Below, in pieces: positions 33,504 through 41,641 of a stretch of 41,641 nt of DNA (its first letter is position 1; each line of letters begins with the position of its first letter). A model generated the notes under the pieces. The model ran no database searches. It saw only the letters and a program-made list of their open reading frames with translations, and was not told the origin of the DNA. The DNA is from an uncultured Methanosarcinales archaeon. Its GTDB lineage: Archaea > Nanobdellota > Nanobdellia > Woesearchaeales > 21-14-0-10-32-9. The position numbers and the translations under genes are program-made. Location of the stretch: positions 1 through 41,641 of the forward strand of contig CAZOPU010000003.1 of the NCBI GenBank assembly GCA_964581965.1, in the 5' to 3' direction.

Positions 33504-33911
33504 ATGAATTATGAAGATATGCTTAATGAAGCCAGGGAAAAACTGCCCCAGACAGTAAAGGCAACTACAAGATTCGAGATACCTAATGTAAGGGGACAAA
33601 TAGAAGGAAACAAAACCATAATAAGCAATTTCTTTCAAATAGCAGATGTCCTTGGAAGAAAGCCCCAGCACCTTTTGAAATACGTTCAAAAGGAATTAGC
33701 AACTCCAGGCGTTATAAAAAAACAAGCAGTCATATTCGGCTCCAAGCTTCCTGCAAGCAAGGTAAATGAAAAAATAAAGACATATGCTGAAGAGTTTGTT
33801 TTTTGCAAGGAATGCAACGGTCCTGATACAAAGATGATAAAAGAAGGTGATGTTTACTATATCACTTGCCAAGTTTGTGGTGCAAAACACAGTTTCTATG
33901 CTAAGATATAA
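33504..33911 (+). CDS. eif2b: Translation initiation factor aIF2 beta subunit
   Basis: eIF2-beta/eIF5 fold: RFEIPNVRGQIEGNKTIISNF...LLKYVQKELAT. C-terminal zinc ribbon CKECNGPDT...CQVCGA. The TATATAAAT box is centred 26 nt upstream of the ATG. Confidence 0.9.
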   Translation: MNYEDMLNEAREKLPQTVKATTRFEIPNVRGQIEGNKTIISNFFQIADVLGRKPQHLLKYVQKELATPGVIKKQAVIFGSKLPASKVNEKIKTYAEEFVFCKECNGPDTKMIKEGDVYYITCQVCGAKHSFYAKI

Positions 33912-33914
33912 TCT

Positions 33915-34472
33915 TCAAGCTGACCGTTTTTCTTTCTCCAGCAGCTTAATTAACTCTTTTGTCTTTATCAAAGATCCTAATATTGTTTTGAAATTCTGAC
34001 AGTTCCTTTTATGCCACGAAGGTTTTTCTGTGGATGATGCATCCGTAACTAAATATGGCTGAATACCCCTCATAGCAGCCCCTGCAGCGCTGAAATAAAC
34101 ACAAACACCTGAATAAACTCCGCAGAAATAAAGCACATCTATTTTCTCCTTTTTGCAGTATTTCTCTAAGTCAGTCCTGAAGAAAGAATCATACTCCTTC
34201 TTCTTGACAAGTTTCGTCCTTTCCGCAGACATAATTGCAGGAACAAGCTCGTTAAGCCCTTTCTCTCCATTTTTCTTAGACTCATCGCCCCAGAGCCTTT
34301 GCATTACAGGATTTATTTTTCCTCTTTCGTCACCCTTAACTATTATAACTGGAAGATTTTGCATTCTAAATTTCTTTATAAGTAATATTTGATTGGCCAA
34401 AATTTCTTTTGGATTATAAGTATCCTTTTTGTAGCTTTTTACCATATCTATTATTATTAATCCTTTTACCAT
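33915..34472 (-). CDS. Isochorismatase-family cysteine hydrolase (nicotinamidase-like)
   Basis: GLIIIDMVKSY (catalytic Asp region), KKKEYDSFF, and the catalytic Cys context FCGVYSGVCVYFSAAGA. Confidence 0.8.
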   Translation of the reverse strand: MVKGLIIIDMVKSYKKDTYNPKEILANQILLIKKFRMQNLPVIIVKGDERGKINPVMQRLWGDESKKNGEKGLNELVPAIMSAERTKLVKKKEYDSFFRTDLEKYCKKEKIDVLYFCGVYSGVCVYFSAAGAAMRGIQPYLVTDASSTEKPSWHKRNCQNFKTILGSLIKTKELIKLLEKEKRSA

Positions 34473-34544
34473 TTTAACTCCGTTGTTTTGAGGAATTATA
34501 TTTTTTAATCTCTAAGTAAATTATATAAAAAAGCCAGGAAAAGT

Positions 34545-35090
34545 TTATCCGTTCTTGTCCAGATACTCCTTTAGTTTTTGTATTGCTTTATACCTGTGAG
34601 ATATCTTGTTTTTCTCTTCAAAAGTCATCTCTGCGAATCTTTTCCTGTATCCGTCGGGAATGAATACTCTGTCAAAGTCAAAGCCATTGTCTCCTTTCAT
34701 TTTTGCAACTTTTCCAGATACTTCTCCTTTGAATATGACTATATCCTCCAGAGAATTGACAAGAGCTATTAAGCAAACAGTTTTTGCTTTCTTGTTTTTA
34801 GTTAAATAAGCTAATTTTTCGTATCCGACGTGTTTTATGAAATCTTTTATATAAGGTCCGGGAAGGCCGTTCCATTCCTCAAAACAAAAGGATGTATCTT
34901 CAACTATGCAACGTTTTTTTAACTTAGTATATGATTGCTTTGCTTTTTCAAGAATCACCTCTTCTGACGAACCTTGTATTTCATGGGTTTCTACAGGAAC
35001 TGAAATTATGTCATAACCGATTAGCAAATCCTGAAATTCCTTTAATTTGTTCCTGTTTCCTGTAGCCAGTATTATTTGCGTAGCGTTCAT
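34545..35090 (-). CDS. Non-canonical purine NTP pyrophosphatase (Ham1/RdgB, dITP/XTPase)
   Basis: ILATGNRNKLKEF...WNGLPGPYIKDF...GFDFDRVFIPDGYRKRFAEMTFEEKNKISHRYKA. Confidence 0.9.
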   Translation of the reverse strand: MNATQIILATGNRNKLKEFQDLLIGYDIISVPVETHEIQGSSEEVILEKAKQSYTKLKKRCIVEDTSFCFEEWNGLPGPYIKDFIKHVGYEKLAYLTKNKKAKTVCLIALVNSLEDIVIFKGEVSGKVAKMKGDNGFDFDRVFIPDGYRKRFAEMTFEEKNKISHRYKAIQKLKEYLDKNG

Positions 35091-35151
35091 TTTGTCTCAT
35101 TAACTTAAATTCTTTAATATAAACCACTTGTGAGGCAGTCGTATTTATACT

Positions 35152-38100
35152 TTATTCCGCTTCAGCTTCTCCTTCAAACCAATCTTTAAGTCCTTTCTGG
35201 ACTTCCTTTTCTTTTCCGAATACCCCTTCGATTCTTCTCTGTGTTAACTCTATTACTTGTCTGACATATGGATTTACCTGGTATTTTTTTGAAAGAAGAG
35301 TGCTATAATCCATGTATTTTACTATGCTACCTTCGCTTATAGTAAATATTATCTTTCCCCCGCACGCTGTGCATTTTCCTGATAACGGAGGCCTCCTAAA
35401 CTTTTCGTTGCAATTAACACACCTGAATTCCTGTGTTGAAAACTTTCTCAGGTTTCCTTTTGTGTCCCTTATGAAATGTTTTTCTATTATAAGTCTTGCA
35501 ACATCAGTCTGGTCTACAGCTCTTATTTTTACTGCTATGTCCATCTGGGCATCTACTTTTTCTCCCATGCTTGGAAGTATCTTGTAAGATGAGCAAAGTA
35601 CTCCTGCATTAAAATTTGTAGTATCATGAGTAAATCCAAAGTTTTCATATTGAGCTTCTGTTCCTATTACCTGTCCAACTCTTTTTATTGGAATATCATA
35701 TGGCATTTTAAGCTGCTCTGCAGCTCTGTATAATGATAAAGGATAGCTATTAACAATATCCATGTTAAATACCATATCGTCCACTTCTGCAGGAATTAAT
35801 ATTGTAGTCAAAACCAAGGGTGCATCCATTGTACTTCCTCTTGAGCTTGGAAGGAAGAGTTTTGAAAAATTAAGAAAAGCGTCAAGTGCAAGAAGGATGC
35901 ATGATTCGTCTCCATCGCAATCCCTTCTCATTGCTGCATGGACATAGGGCGTTGCAAAGAATCCTTGGGTTTTCGAGAATCCTATTATTCTTATTATTAT
36001 TCCTGCAGATGTATGCGGGGCCAAGCCTATAGCTATATGTCCAACAAGATCTTGTTTTGATTTTAAGTTATAAAAAGGCTTTAGTCCATATAGTTTTTCT
36101 AGCTCTTCATCTATGAAATTAGCTGCCCTAAAAAATACTTCATCCGCAGGTTCATCCGGAGAGACCGGACAGCAAGGAATCACGACGTCCTGCACTTTCA
36201 GTTCTAGGATTTGATCTTCTCTTTCCAACGGCAAGCCATATATATCCTGCTCGTATCCAAGTTCTATTAGTTTTTCTATTGGGACGTTTATTTCTTTGGG
36301 CTTAAAGTGGGTCAGTGGCACCTCTGAGCAATCATATCTTATTGTGCCATCTTTGTTTACTGACAGGTTATATTTAGCTCTTAACATTCCCTTTATCAAA
36401 TGCTCTGCAATCTTTTCTTTGCTTGCCAGTCCCCTTACTCCTTTTATCAGGTCAGGAATTATTTTAGTATCCATTCTTTTCTTTAACGAGTCCATTATCT
36501 TGTCTATGTTTATTTCTACTTTTTTGGACTTTTCATACGGATTCTTTTTCTCTCCTTCCTGTATTATTTCTGTTTTTGAATTGCATAATTCACAAACCCT
36601 GAAAGGAGTTGTATTATTACATTTTTTACATTTAAACAATTGCAAGTCAGTCACTATTTTTCTTGCTTCCATTGCTGATTGAAAGCTCCTCAGCCTTCCT
36701 CCTTGTTCACCTACTGGAAACATAGCGTGAGGGCTACCTGTTAGTTTTCTCATCTTAGCTTTTTCAGGACGCCCCATTCTAGCTCCTATGAATGTTCCCG
36801 ACTTGTCTCTTATCTTGACTCCTGAAAGGGCCGTCAGTATATCTGTTATCTTTGTATTGTTTTCAAATATCGAAAATGATTCTTCTTCTGACTTGTCAGG
36901 GCCTAGTGTAAATAAAAGCGCCTGTGCATGATCTTTTTCAACCACAACAAATTCTTTCTGGACTTCCTTGTGCGGCACTCCAATTAATTCCAAGCTTCTT
37001 TTTTGCGGTTTGAGTCTTATTATTAATTTGTCTGATTCGTATTTTCCGGACAAAACCCAATTTCGCAGCTCAAAAAGCTCGTTTTTTGATATTGCTGTCC
37101 AATAATATGTATATATTGGGTGGAGAGGTATTTCCATTCTCTCTGATATTTGCTTTGCTGCTTCAAAGCTCATTTTTGTCATGAGTGGTTTCTTTAAAAG
37201 AATTCTTAATTTAGAAGGGGAAATATTTAGCAAGTCACTTATTTTTTCTTCATCTATTGTCCAAAATAGTTTAACTGATGATTCTTCAAGTTCTTTTATC
37301 CAGACTTCTTGGCAGTAACCTGATGGAACTAATTTGTGGGCTCTGTCAAAAAAATCTCCATAGTTTATTAAAACATCCCCCAAATAAAGTATTTCTTCAA
37401 CATCATCCCTGTATTGTTTTGCTTCCGCCTCTGTCTCTATAATTATAACCTCTCCTGATTTCAGCTTTATTATAGGACCATCTATCGTATCGCAGCAAGT
37501 AAATGCTGCAGCTTTCCCAGGTCTTTCTACTTTAAGCTGTGTTCCTGTAGCTACAAAATTATTTGTTAGTATCATTGATGCTGGATGTATTGCTTGGGCT
37601 GAAAATCCCGACGTTCTAGCTCGGCCATATCTCAACCTGAATCCCCCGTGTTTCATTGGATGTCCCAGAACCGGCCTTCCTCCTACAAGATCCGTTATGT
37701 ATGTAAAGTCCGGAGACAGACCTTCAGCTGATTTTTTGGCAGACTTTGATTTGTTTTTTGTCTGAATTTTTACAAATTCCTCCATAAAAGACCAGTGCAT
37801 CATATTCATTTCATTTCCCCATTTTGAAAGTTTAGCCCAGAGTTTAGGTCCTTTAAGTGGAATGCACGAACTATGAATAAGGCAGTATCCGCTTCGCAGG
37901 TTGTTTGTGGGTATTCTTGGCAAATCCCTAAGTAATGCACTTGACAATTCATTTTTTTCTGAAGGATCTCCAGATATTTCTACAGGCAGATGACTCATTA
38001 AAAACTCGACTTCTTCCTTTGATGGAAAATATTGCAAGTTCGTTACATATTCATGATAATCTTCTAACTCAGCATAGCATCTATGAATTTCTTTTTCGGT

Positions 38101-38655
38101 CGGGTCATATTCTGAGTAGCCCATGTTTTTTCTTACATAATCTGCAATTAAAACAGACACTGCTGCAGCAGTTCCTCCAGCAGCCCTTATTGGCCCCGCG
38201 TAATTTAAGCAGAAATATTTTCCTTTTCCATCCAATCTGTCCTTTAACTCGAGCGATGTAAATCCCTCAAGGGGAGCAGATACAACCCCTAAAGTCATGT
38301 ATGCAAACCCCGTCCTTATTCCTACTTCCATCGCTTCTTTTTCATCTTTGAATTTACAGAATTTTTCTTGTGCTATTTCCAAGGATATTTGCAACGCTAC
38401 CCTCCAATCCAAAGGAGAATATTTTTTTTCCAACTCTATTATGCGCTCTATGGCTTTTGATTCCAGAAGTTGAGGAGCTATTGCCGATATTAATCCTATT
38501 ACTCTTTCTGCTAAATTTTCTGCTAGCTTAACTTCCACAATATCTTGAGGATCATAGCCTTTCTTTCTTGCTTCCACAGCTATATTATATTGTTTTAATG
38601 ATTTTTGGCTTAATTCATCGAAGTATTTTTGTGTTTTTTTTGATGCTACAGTCAT
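35152..38655 (-). CDS. dp2: DNA polymerase II (PolD) large catalytic subunit DP2
   Basis: 1167 aa. Conserved N-terminus YFDELSQKSLKQYNIAVEARKKGYDP. Internal and C-terminal Cys clusters CKKCNN...CELCNS and CVNCNEKFRRPPLSGKCTACGGK. Lies directly downstream of DP1. No intein. Confidence 0.95.
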   Translation of the reverse strand: MTVASKKTQKYFDELSQKSLKQYNIAVEARKKGYDPQDIVEVKLAENLAERVIGLISAIAPQLLESKAIERIIELEKKYSPLDWRVALQISLEIAQEKFCKFKDEKEAMEVGIRTGFAYMTLGVVSAPLEGFTSLELKDRLDGKGKYFCLNYAGPIRAAGGTAAAVSVLIADYVRKNMGYSEYDPTEKEIHRCYAELEDYHEYVTNLQYFPSKEEVEFLMSHLPVEISGDPSEKNELSSALLRDLPRIPTNNLRSGYCLIHSSCIPLKGPKLWAKLSKWGNEMNMMHWSFMEEFVKIQTKNKSKSAKKSAEGLSPDFTYITDLVGGRPVLGHPMKHGGFRLRYGRARTSGFSAQAIHPASMILTNNFVATGTQLKVERPGKAAAFTCCDTIDGPIIKLKSGEVIIIETEAEAKQYRDDVEEILYLGDVLINYGDFFDRAHKLVPSGYCQEVWIKELEESSVKLFWTIDEEKISDLLNISPSKLRILLKKPLMTKMSFEAAKQISERMEIPLHPIYTYYWTAISKNELFELRNWVLSGKYESDKLIIRLKPQKRSLELIGVPHKEVQKEFVVVEKDHAQALLFTLGPDKSEEESFSIFENNTKITDILTALSGVKIRDKSGTFIGARMGRPEKAKMRKLTGSPHAMFPVGEQGGRLRSFQSAMEARKIVTDLQLFKCKKCNNTTPFRVCELCNSKTEIIQEGEKKNPYEKSKKVEINIDKIMDSLKKRMDTKIIPDLIKGVRGLASKEKIAEHLIKGMLRAKYNLSVNKDGTIRYDCSEVPLTHFKPKEINVPIEKLIELGYEQDIYGLPLEREDQILELKVQDVVIPCCPVSPDEPADEVFFRAANFIDEELEKLYGLKPFYNLKSKQDLVGHIAIGLAPHTSAGIIIRIIGFSKTQGFFATPYVHAAMRRDCDGDESCILLALDAFLNFSKLFLPSSRGSTMDAPLVLTTILIPAEVDDMVFNMDIVNSYPLSLYRAAEQLKMPYDIPIKRVGQVIGTEAQYENFGFTHDTTNFNAGVLCSSYKILPSMGEKVDAQMDIAVKIRAVDQTDVARLIIEKHFIRDTKGNLRKFSTQEFRCVNCNEKFRRPPLSGKCTACGGKIIFTISEGSIVKYMDYSTLLSKKYQVNPYVRQVIELTQRRIEGVFGKEKEVQKGLKDWFEGEAEAE

Positions 38656-38671
38656 TTTATCCTCGTGGTAA

Positions 38672-40207
38672 TTATTTCATTTCCGCCATTTCCCTTACTT
38701 GCTTTGTTGCTTCTTCTTCTTTTTCCTTTGATTTTTTTGAAAGGAAATTCATTATTTTTACTTCTCTTGTTCTAAGGTTTATAATGGGGACCCTCGCGGG
38801 CAGTGGCTCTAGTCCTCTTTTTATCTGGTCTTCTGTTGTTTCTGTCCAGCAAGATGCATTTATCGTGGTTACATTCCTGTATTTCCCTGTTGTGGATCTG
38901 TGTATGTGTCCTGTAACAAATATATCAGGTATTATATCTATAACAAGAAAATCTTGCTCCCCATCAGGAAGATAGAGTGTTGAGCCATGTGTTGGCGCTA
39001 GATGTCTTTTCTGAAGCAAAAAAGACAGTATCAAGTCTGATCTTTTCTGTCCTCCCGCCTCTCTTATGAACGGAACGTTTTCTGCATAGTATATTAGTGA
39101 TCCCCCATGATAAAGTAGCAAGTCAAAGCCAGGAAAATCTTCGGTTGATGCTATATTTACATATGCTGGATTTGATACTAGAGTTACATTTGGCATTTCC
39201 CATAGCGCGGAAGCATAATCTCTGAAGGGTACTTCTTGCGGCTCAGATAGTCTTCCTGCATCATGGTTTCCAGACATAAGAATTAATTTTATGTGTTGGG
39301 GAATTTGCTTTAACCATTTCGCTGCCTCGTTGTATTGTTGCGTTATGTCCATAATTTTTAAGTCCCCTTCCTGTCCTGGATATATTCCTACCCCTTCCAC
39401 AATATCTCCTGTTAAAACAACATACTTCACTTTTCCAGCTATTTTTTTTTGCTCTTCATTTCCCAAATTTCCTCTTATCCATTGTATAAATTTTGAAAAT
39501 TCTTCTTCCATGAATACATTAGATCCGAAGTGCGTGTCTCCCATAAAAACAACATATTCCTCCTCTTTTTGTTTCTTCATTTCTTTGTTTAAAGGAATAT
39601 CTGGGAATATTATTTTATCTGCAAAAACTGCCGTATTAAGCCAAGATCCTGTTACACCTATAACTTCATCCAGAACTATGTTATTGGCTAGATTGAATGT
39701 TTCTTTGTTATTTTCATCTTGGCGCACAATTACTGTGCATACTCCTGTGGAATCTTCGAGTTTTAGAACGATGTTGTTGTTTTTTGTGGTTGATTTTTCA
39801 AGCACCATACCTATTACTGCGACTTTATCATTGTTTATTTTTGAATTTATTCTAGATATTGCTGTAACTCCTTGCAGCTCTTTTCTGTTTCTAAGAAATT
39901 GTGATAATGTTTTGAACCTAAGGTTGAACACCGAAACAAAATCTTGGAATGTCCTTTTTTTCGGGGGCCTGTCATACGACTTTAATATTTTTACAACAGA
40001 TGTTTTTTCATTTGTCTCATTTTTACTGTTTTTTGTTTGTTTTGAAGAAATGAATTTGTTTATTAAATCAGCATCCAGAAAGTCCAAATCGTCTTTATAT
40101 GTGTTGTATATTTCTTCCAAAATTTTTTCTTCTATTTCCATCAATAGGACTTCAGGACTTACTAATATTCCTTTATCTATCATATTTTTAATTGTTTGGG
40201 ATTCCAT
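38672..40207 (-). CDS. dp1: DNA polymerase II (PolD) small subunit DP1 (Mre11-like phosphoesterase/exonuclease)
   Basis: Calcineurin-like motifs VFMGDTHFGS, LTGDIVEG, MSGNHDA and VTGHIH. The track start (40282) is a TTG deep inside orc1/cdc6. ATG 40207 gives MESQTIKNMIDKGILVSPEVLL and still overlaps the cdc6 3' end by 20 nt. Confidence 0.9.
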   Translation of the reverse strand: MESQTIKNMIDKGILVSPEVLLMEIEEKILEEIYNTYKDDLDFLDADLINKFISSKQTKNSKNETNEKTSVVKILKSYDRPPKKRTFQDFVSVFNLRFKTLSQFLRNRKELQGVTAISRINSKINNDKVAVIGMVLEKSTTKNNNIVLKLEDSTGVCTVIVRQDENNKETFNLANNIVLDEVIGVTGSWLNTAVFADKIIFPDIPLNKEMKKQKEEEYVVFMGDTHFGSNVFMEEEFSKFIQWIRGNLGNEEQKKIAGKVKYVVLTGDIVEGVGIYPGQEGDLKIMDITQQYNEAAKWLKQIPQHIKLILMSGNHDAGRLSEPQEVPFRDYASALWEMPNVTLVSNPAYVNIASTEDFPGFDLLLYHGGSLIYYAENVPFIREAGGQKRSDLILSFLLQKRHLAPTHGSTLYLPDGEQDFLVIDIIPDIFVTGHIHRSTTGKYRNVTTINASCWTETTEDQIKRGLEPLPARVPIINLRTREVKIMNFLSKKSKEKEEEATKQVREMAEMK

Positions 40208-41468
40208 CTTCTTTCTCTTCCTCTTCCAAGACTCTCGCTTCCCTTCTCGATGATGAACCGTTAAGTTCCAGTTCTTCTTCAAGTATTAATAATATTTTTC
40301 TTTCTATTGATGAGGATAGAGAAATGTTTATTTCTCTTGTTCTTCCGAATCTTCCTTTGCTTATTATTTTTGTGTTTATTATTCCAAGCATATCTAATTC
40401 GCCAATTATATCGGAAACCCTTCTTTGTGTCAGAGGTCTCAGGCCGCTTTTATTGCATATTGATTTGTATAACTCATATACATCTCCTGTTAGTATGTTT
40501 GTTTTTTTATTTTGGCTTAATATAAGAATAGGATATAGTGTTGCTTGGAATTGTTTGGGGTGTGTTTTTACCATATCTATTAATCTGTCCCTCTCTATCT
40601 TGTCCTCTGCTTCATCTATGTCTTCTATCTTTACTGTTTCCCTGTTTTTTCTTTCTGCCAGCTCTCCTGCAACTCTGAGCAATTCAAGCGCCCTTCTCGC
40701 ATCACCGTGCTCTCTTGCAGCATATGCTGCACATTTTTGGATAACTCCATCATCTATTGCGCCAGGCTTGAATGCCCTAACAGCTCTTTCTTTTAGGATA
40801 TCTTGAATTTGAACTGCATTATATGGTGGAAAAAGAATTTCCTCCTCACTTAAACTGCTTTTCACTCTAGCATCTAGATTGTTTGCAAACATTAAATCAT
40901 TTGATATTCCTATTATTGATAATTGTGATTTTTTTAGTTCTGAGTTTATTCTTAGAAGATTATATATTATTTCATCTCCTGCTTTCTTGACTAATTCGTC
41001 CATTTCATCAAGTATTAATATTGTTATTTTTTCTTCCTGATCCAAAGCCCTGAAGAAAATGTTGTATACTTCATCTGTTGGAAGTCCTGTTGGAGGAACT
41101 GCTTTTCCGAAAAATCTTGCTAATTCCGCTATTAATCTGTATTCTGTATCTGCTATTTTTTTAAGTTTGCAATTAAGATAGAATATTTGTACAGATAATC
41201 CTTTTTCCTTGGATATGTTTTCCATTTGCTCCGCTACATACTTCACAACTAATGTTTTTCCCGTTCCGGACTTCCCATAAACAAACAAATTAGATGGTTT
41301 TTCTCCTTTTAGTGCTGGAGAAAGTATTTGTGCAACTTGATTTATCTGATCATCTCTATGACTTATTTCTCCGGGTATGAAAGATGACTGCAAAACTTTT
41401 TTGTTATTAAATATTGTTTCTTTTTTTAGGAATGTTTCAAAGAAGTTATTTAGGTTGTTTTTTATCAT
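40188..41468 (-). CDS. cdc6: Orc1/Cdc6 replication initiator
   Basis: AAA+ Walker A VYGKSGTGKTLVVKYV. Walker B LILDEMDEL. Sensor region GISND. C-terminal winged helix ...LTQRRVSDIIGELDMLGII. Confidence 0.95.
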   Translation of the reverse strand: MIKNNLNNFFETFLKKETIFNNKKVLQSSFIPGEISHRDDQINQVAQILSPALKGEKPSNLFVYGKSGTGKTLVVKYVAEQMENISKEKGLSVQIFYLNCKLKKIADTEYRLIAELARFFGKAVPPTGLPTDEVYNIFFRALDQEEKITILILDEMDELVKKAGDEIIYNLLRINSELKKSQLSIIGISNDLMFANNLDARVKSSLSEEEILFPPYNAVQIQDILKERAVRAFKPGAIDDGVIQKCAAYAAREHGDARRALELLRVAGELAERKNRETVKIEDIDEAEDKIERDRLIDMVKTHPKQFQATLYPILILSQNKKTNILTGDVYELYKSICNKSGLRPLTQRRVSDIIGELDMLGIINTKIISKGRFGRTREINISLSSSIERKILLILEEELELNGSSSRREARVLEEEEKEDGIPNN

Positions 41469-41472
41469 AAAA

Positions 41473-41493
41473 TTCCAGAAGAAATGAAGGTTA
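41473..41493 (+). repeat. ORB-like element (slightly degenerate) between the cdc6 TATA box and its start codon
   Basis: TTCCAGAAGAAATGAAGGTTA compared with the reverse complement of the conserved copy, TTCCATAGGAAATGAAGGGGT: 17 of 21 identical. It starts 5 nt upstream of the cdc6 ATG. Confidence 0.45.
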
Positions 41494-41500
41494 TATAAAT
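41491..41500 (-). promoter_or_regulatory. TATA box for orc1/cdc6 (leaderless spacing)
   Basis: Minus strand reads ATTTATATAA, centred about 27 nt upstream of the ATG at 41468. Confidence 0.45.
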
Positions 41501-41624
41501 GTTCTTCTTTTGAAAAATAACCTATTTTTTGTTTGTTTATTAAAGCTGTTTTTATGAGTATTATGTTGTAAATGTTCTTTTATTATAGGTCTTATATAAA
41601 ATGCATTTTGTTATATCTATAACT
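41494..41624. other. AT-rich putative duplex-unwinding element of oriC
   Basis: 131 bp containing 25 G/C (19% GC by hand count). It is bracketed by inverted ORB-like elements. It contains the direct repeat TAAATGTTCTT at 41496..41506 and 41569..41579. Confidence 0.4.
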
Positions 41625-41641
41625 CACCCCTTCATTTCCTA
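41625..41641 (-). repeat. ORB-like element, truncated by the right window edge
   Basis: CACCCCTTCATTTCCTA is identical to the first 17 nt of copy b at 32937..32958. Confidence 0.6.

Noticed and set aside
39291-40253. 320-aa plus-strand ORF, the longest non-annotated ORF in the track.
   Set aside because: It lies entirely antisense to the well-supported DP1 gene. It is Ser/Phe/Leu/Ile-rich low complexity, as expected from the complement of Lys/Glu/Asn-rich coding sequence. It has no promoter or SD context, so it is a shadow ORF.
40208-40282. TTG-initiated 25-codon N-terminal extension of DP1, plus similar GTG/TTG extensions at 6258, 9652, 10840, 12294, 14021 and 29100.
   Set aside because: - In each case an in-frame ATG follows within a few codons and has a better SD or TATA context.
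- The extensions are not part of the conserved protein N-termini.
- The DP1 extension would overlap cdc6 by 95 nt.
32852-41641. The three copies of the ~20-nt repeat considered as a CRISPR array, or as att-type direct repeats bounding an integrated element (32937 to 41641).
   Set aside because: - Spacing is 86 bp and then 8.7 kb, with no regular repeat-spacer structure, and there are no cas genes.
- The bracketed 8.7 kb carries essential single-copy-type genes (aIF2-beta, PolD, Orc1) and no integrase.
- The internal dyad plus G-string and the inverted, AT-rich-flanking arrangement fit ORB elements better.
- Ancient capture of an extrachromosomal replicon cannot be excluded.

Overview
This is a strongly AT-rich, very gene-dense archaeal chromosome segment with tiny or overlapping intergenic gaps and several ATGA stop/start overlaps. 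Nearly all of it is core information processing.

(1) The archaeal ribosomal-protein super-operon lies on the minus strand from 24579 down to 10897: L3-L4-L23-L2-S19-L22-S3-L29-SUI1-Rpp29-S17-L14-L24-S4e-L5-S14-S8-L6-L32e-L19e-L18-S5-L30-L15-SecY. It is followed by a DUF106/YidC-like insertase, three tiny membrane-protein genes and L34e-L14e.

(2) A replication neighbourhood holds the RFC large subunit, a single-chain PriS-PriL primase, MCM, TBP, aIF2-beta, a Ham1 dITPase, PolD (DP2 and DP1) and Orc1/Cdc6.

(3) A few accessory genes are present:
- a YchF-like GTPase
- a DoxX membrane protein
- a lipobox cyclophilin
- TraB and a TrmB regulator
- an NmrA-like reductase
- an isochorismatase-family hydrolase
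- a GH3-family adenylating enzyme coupled to a DUF2817/M14-like peptidase
- a partial secreted Asn/Ser-rich surface protein at the left edge that the ORF track misses

The fused primase, PolD, Lys-rich protein tails and compaction fit a small-genome DPANN-type archaeon; this is inference only.

I see no rRNA, tRNA, CRISPR array, transposase, integrase or recognisable defence genes.

The signals most worth follow-up are:
- A conserved ~20-nt ORB-like element (dyad TTCC-N3-GGAA plus a G-string). It forms a textbook-looking origin upstream of orc1/cdc6 at the right edge, and a second cluster 8.7 kb away at a strand switch next to tbp/mcm.
- The translationally coupled GH3 / M14-like two-gene module.
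- An extracytoplasmic insertion in the DUF106 insertase.
- Lys/Glu-rich tails on many ribosomal proteins.
- Two unusually GC-rich, hairpin-rich intergenic RNAs inside or ahead of the ribosomal operons.

Overall the window is housekeeping. Nothing here can be called a new system from sequence alone.
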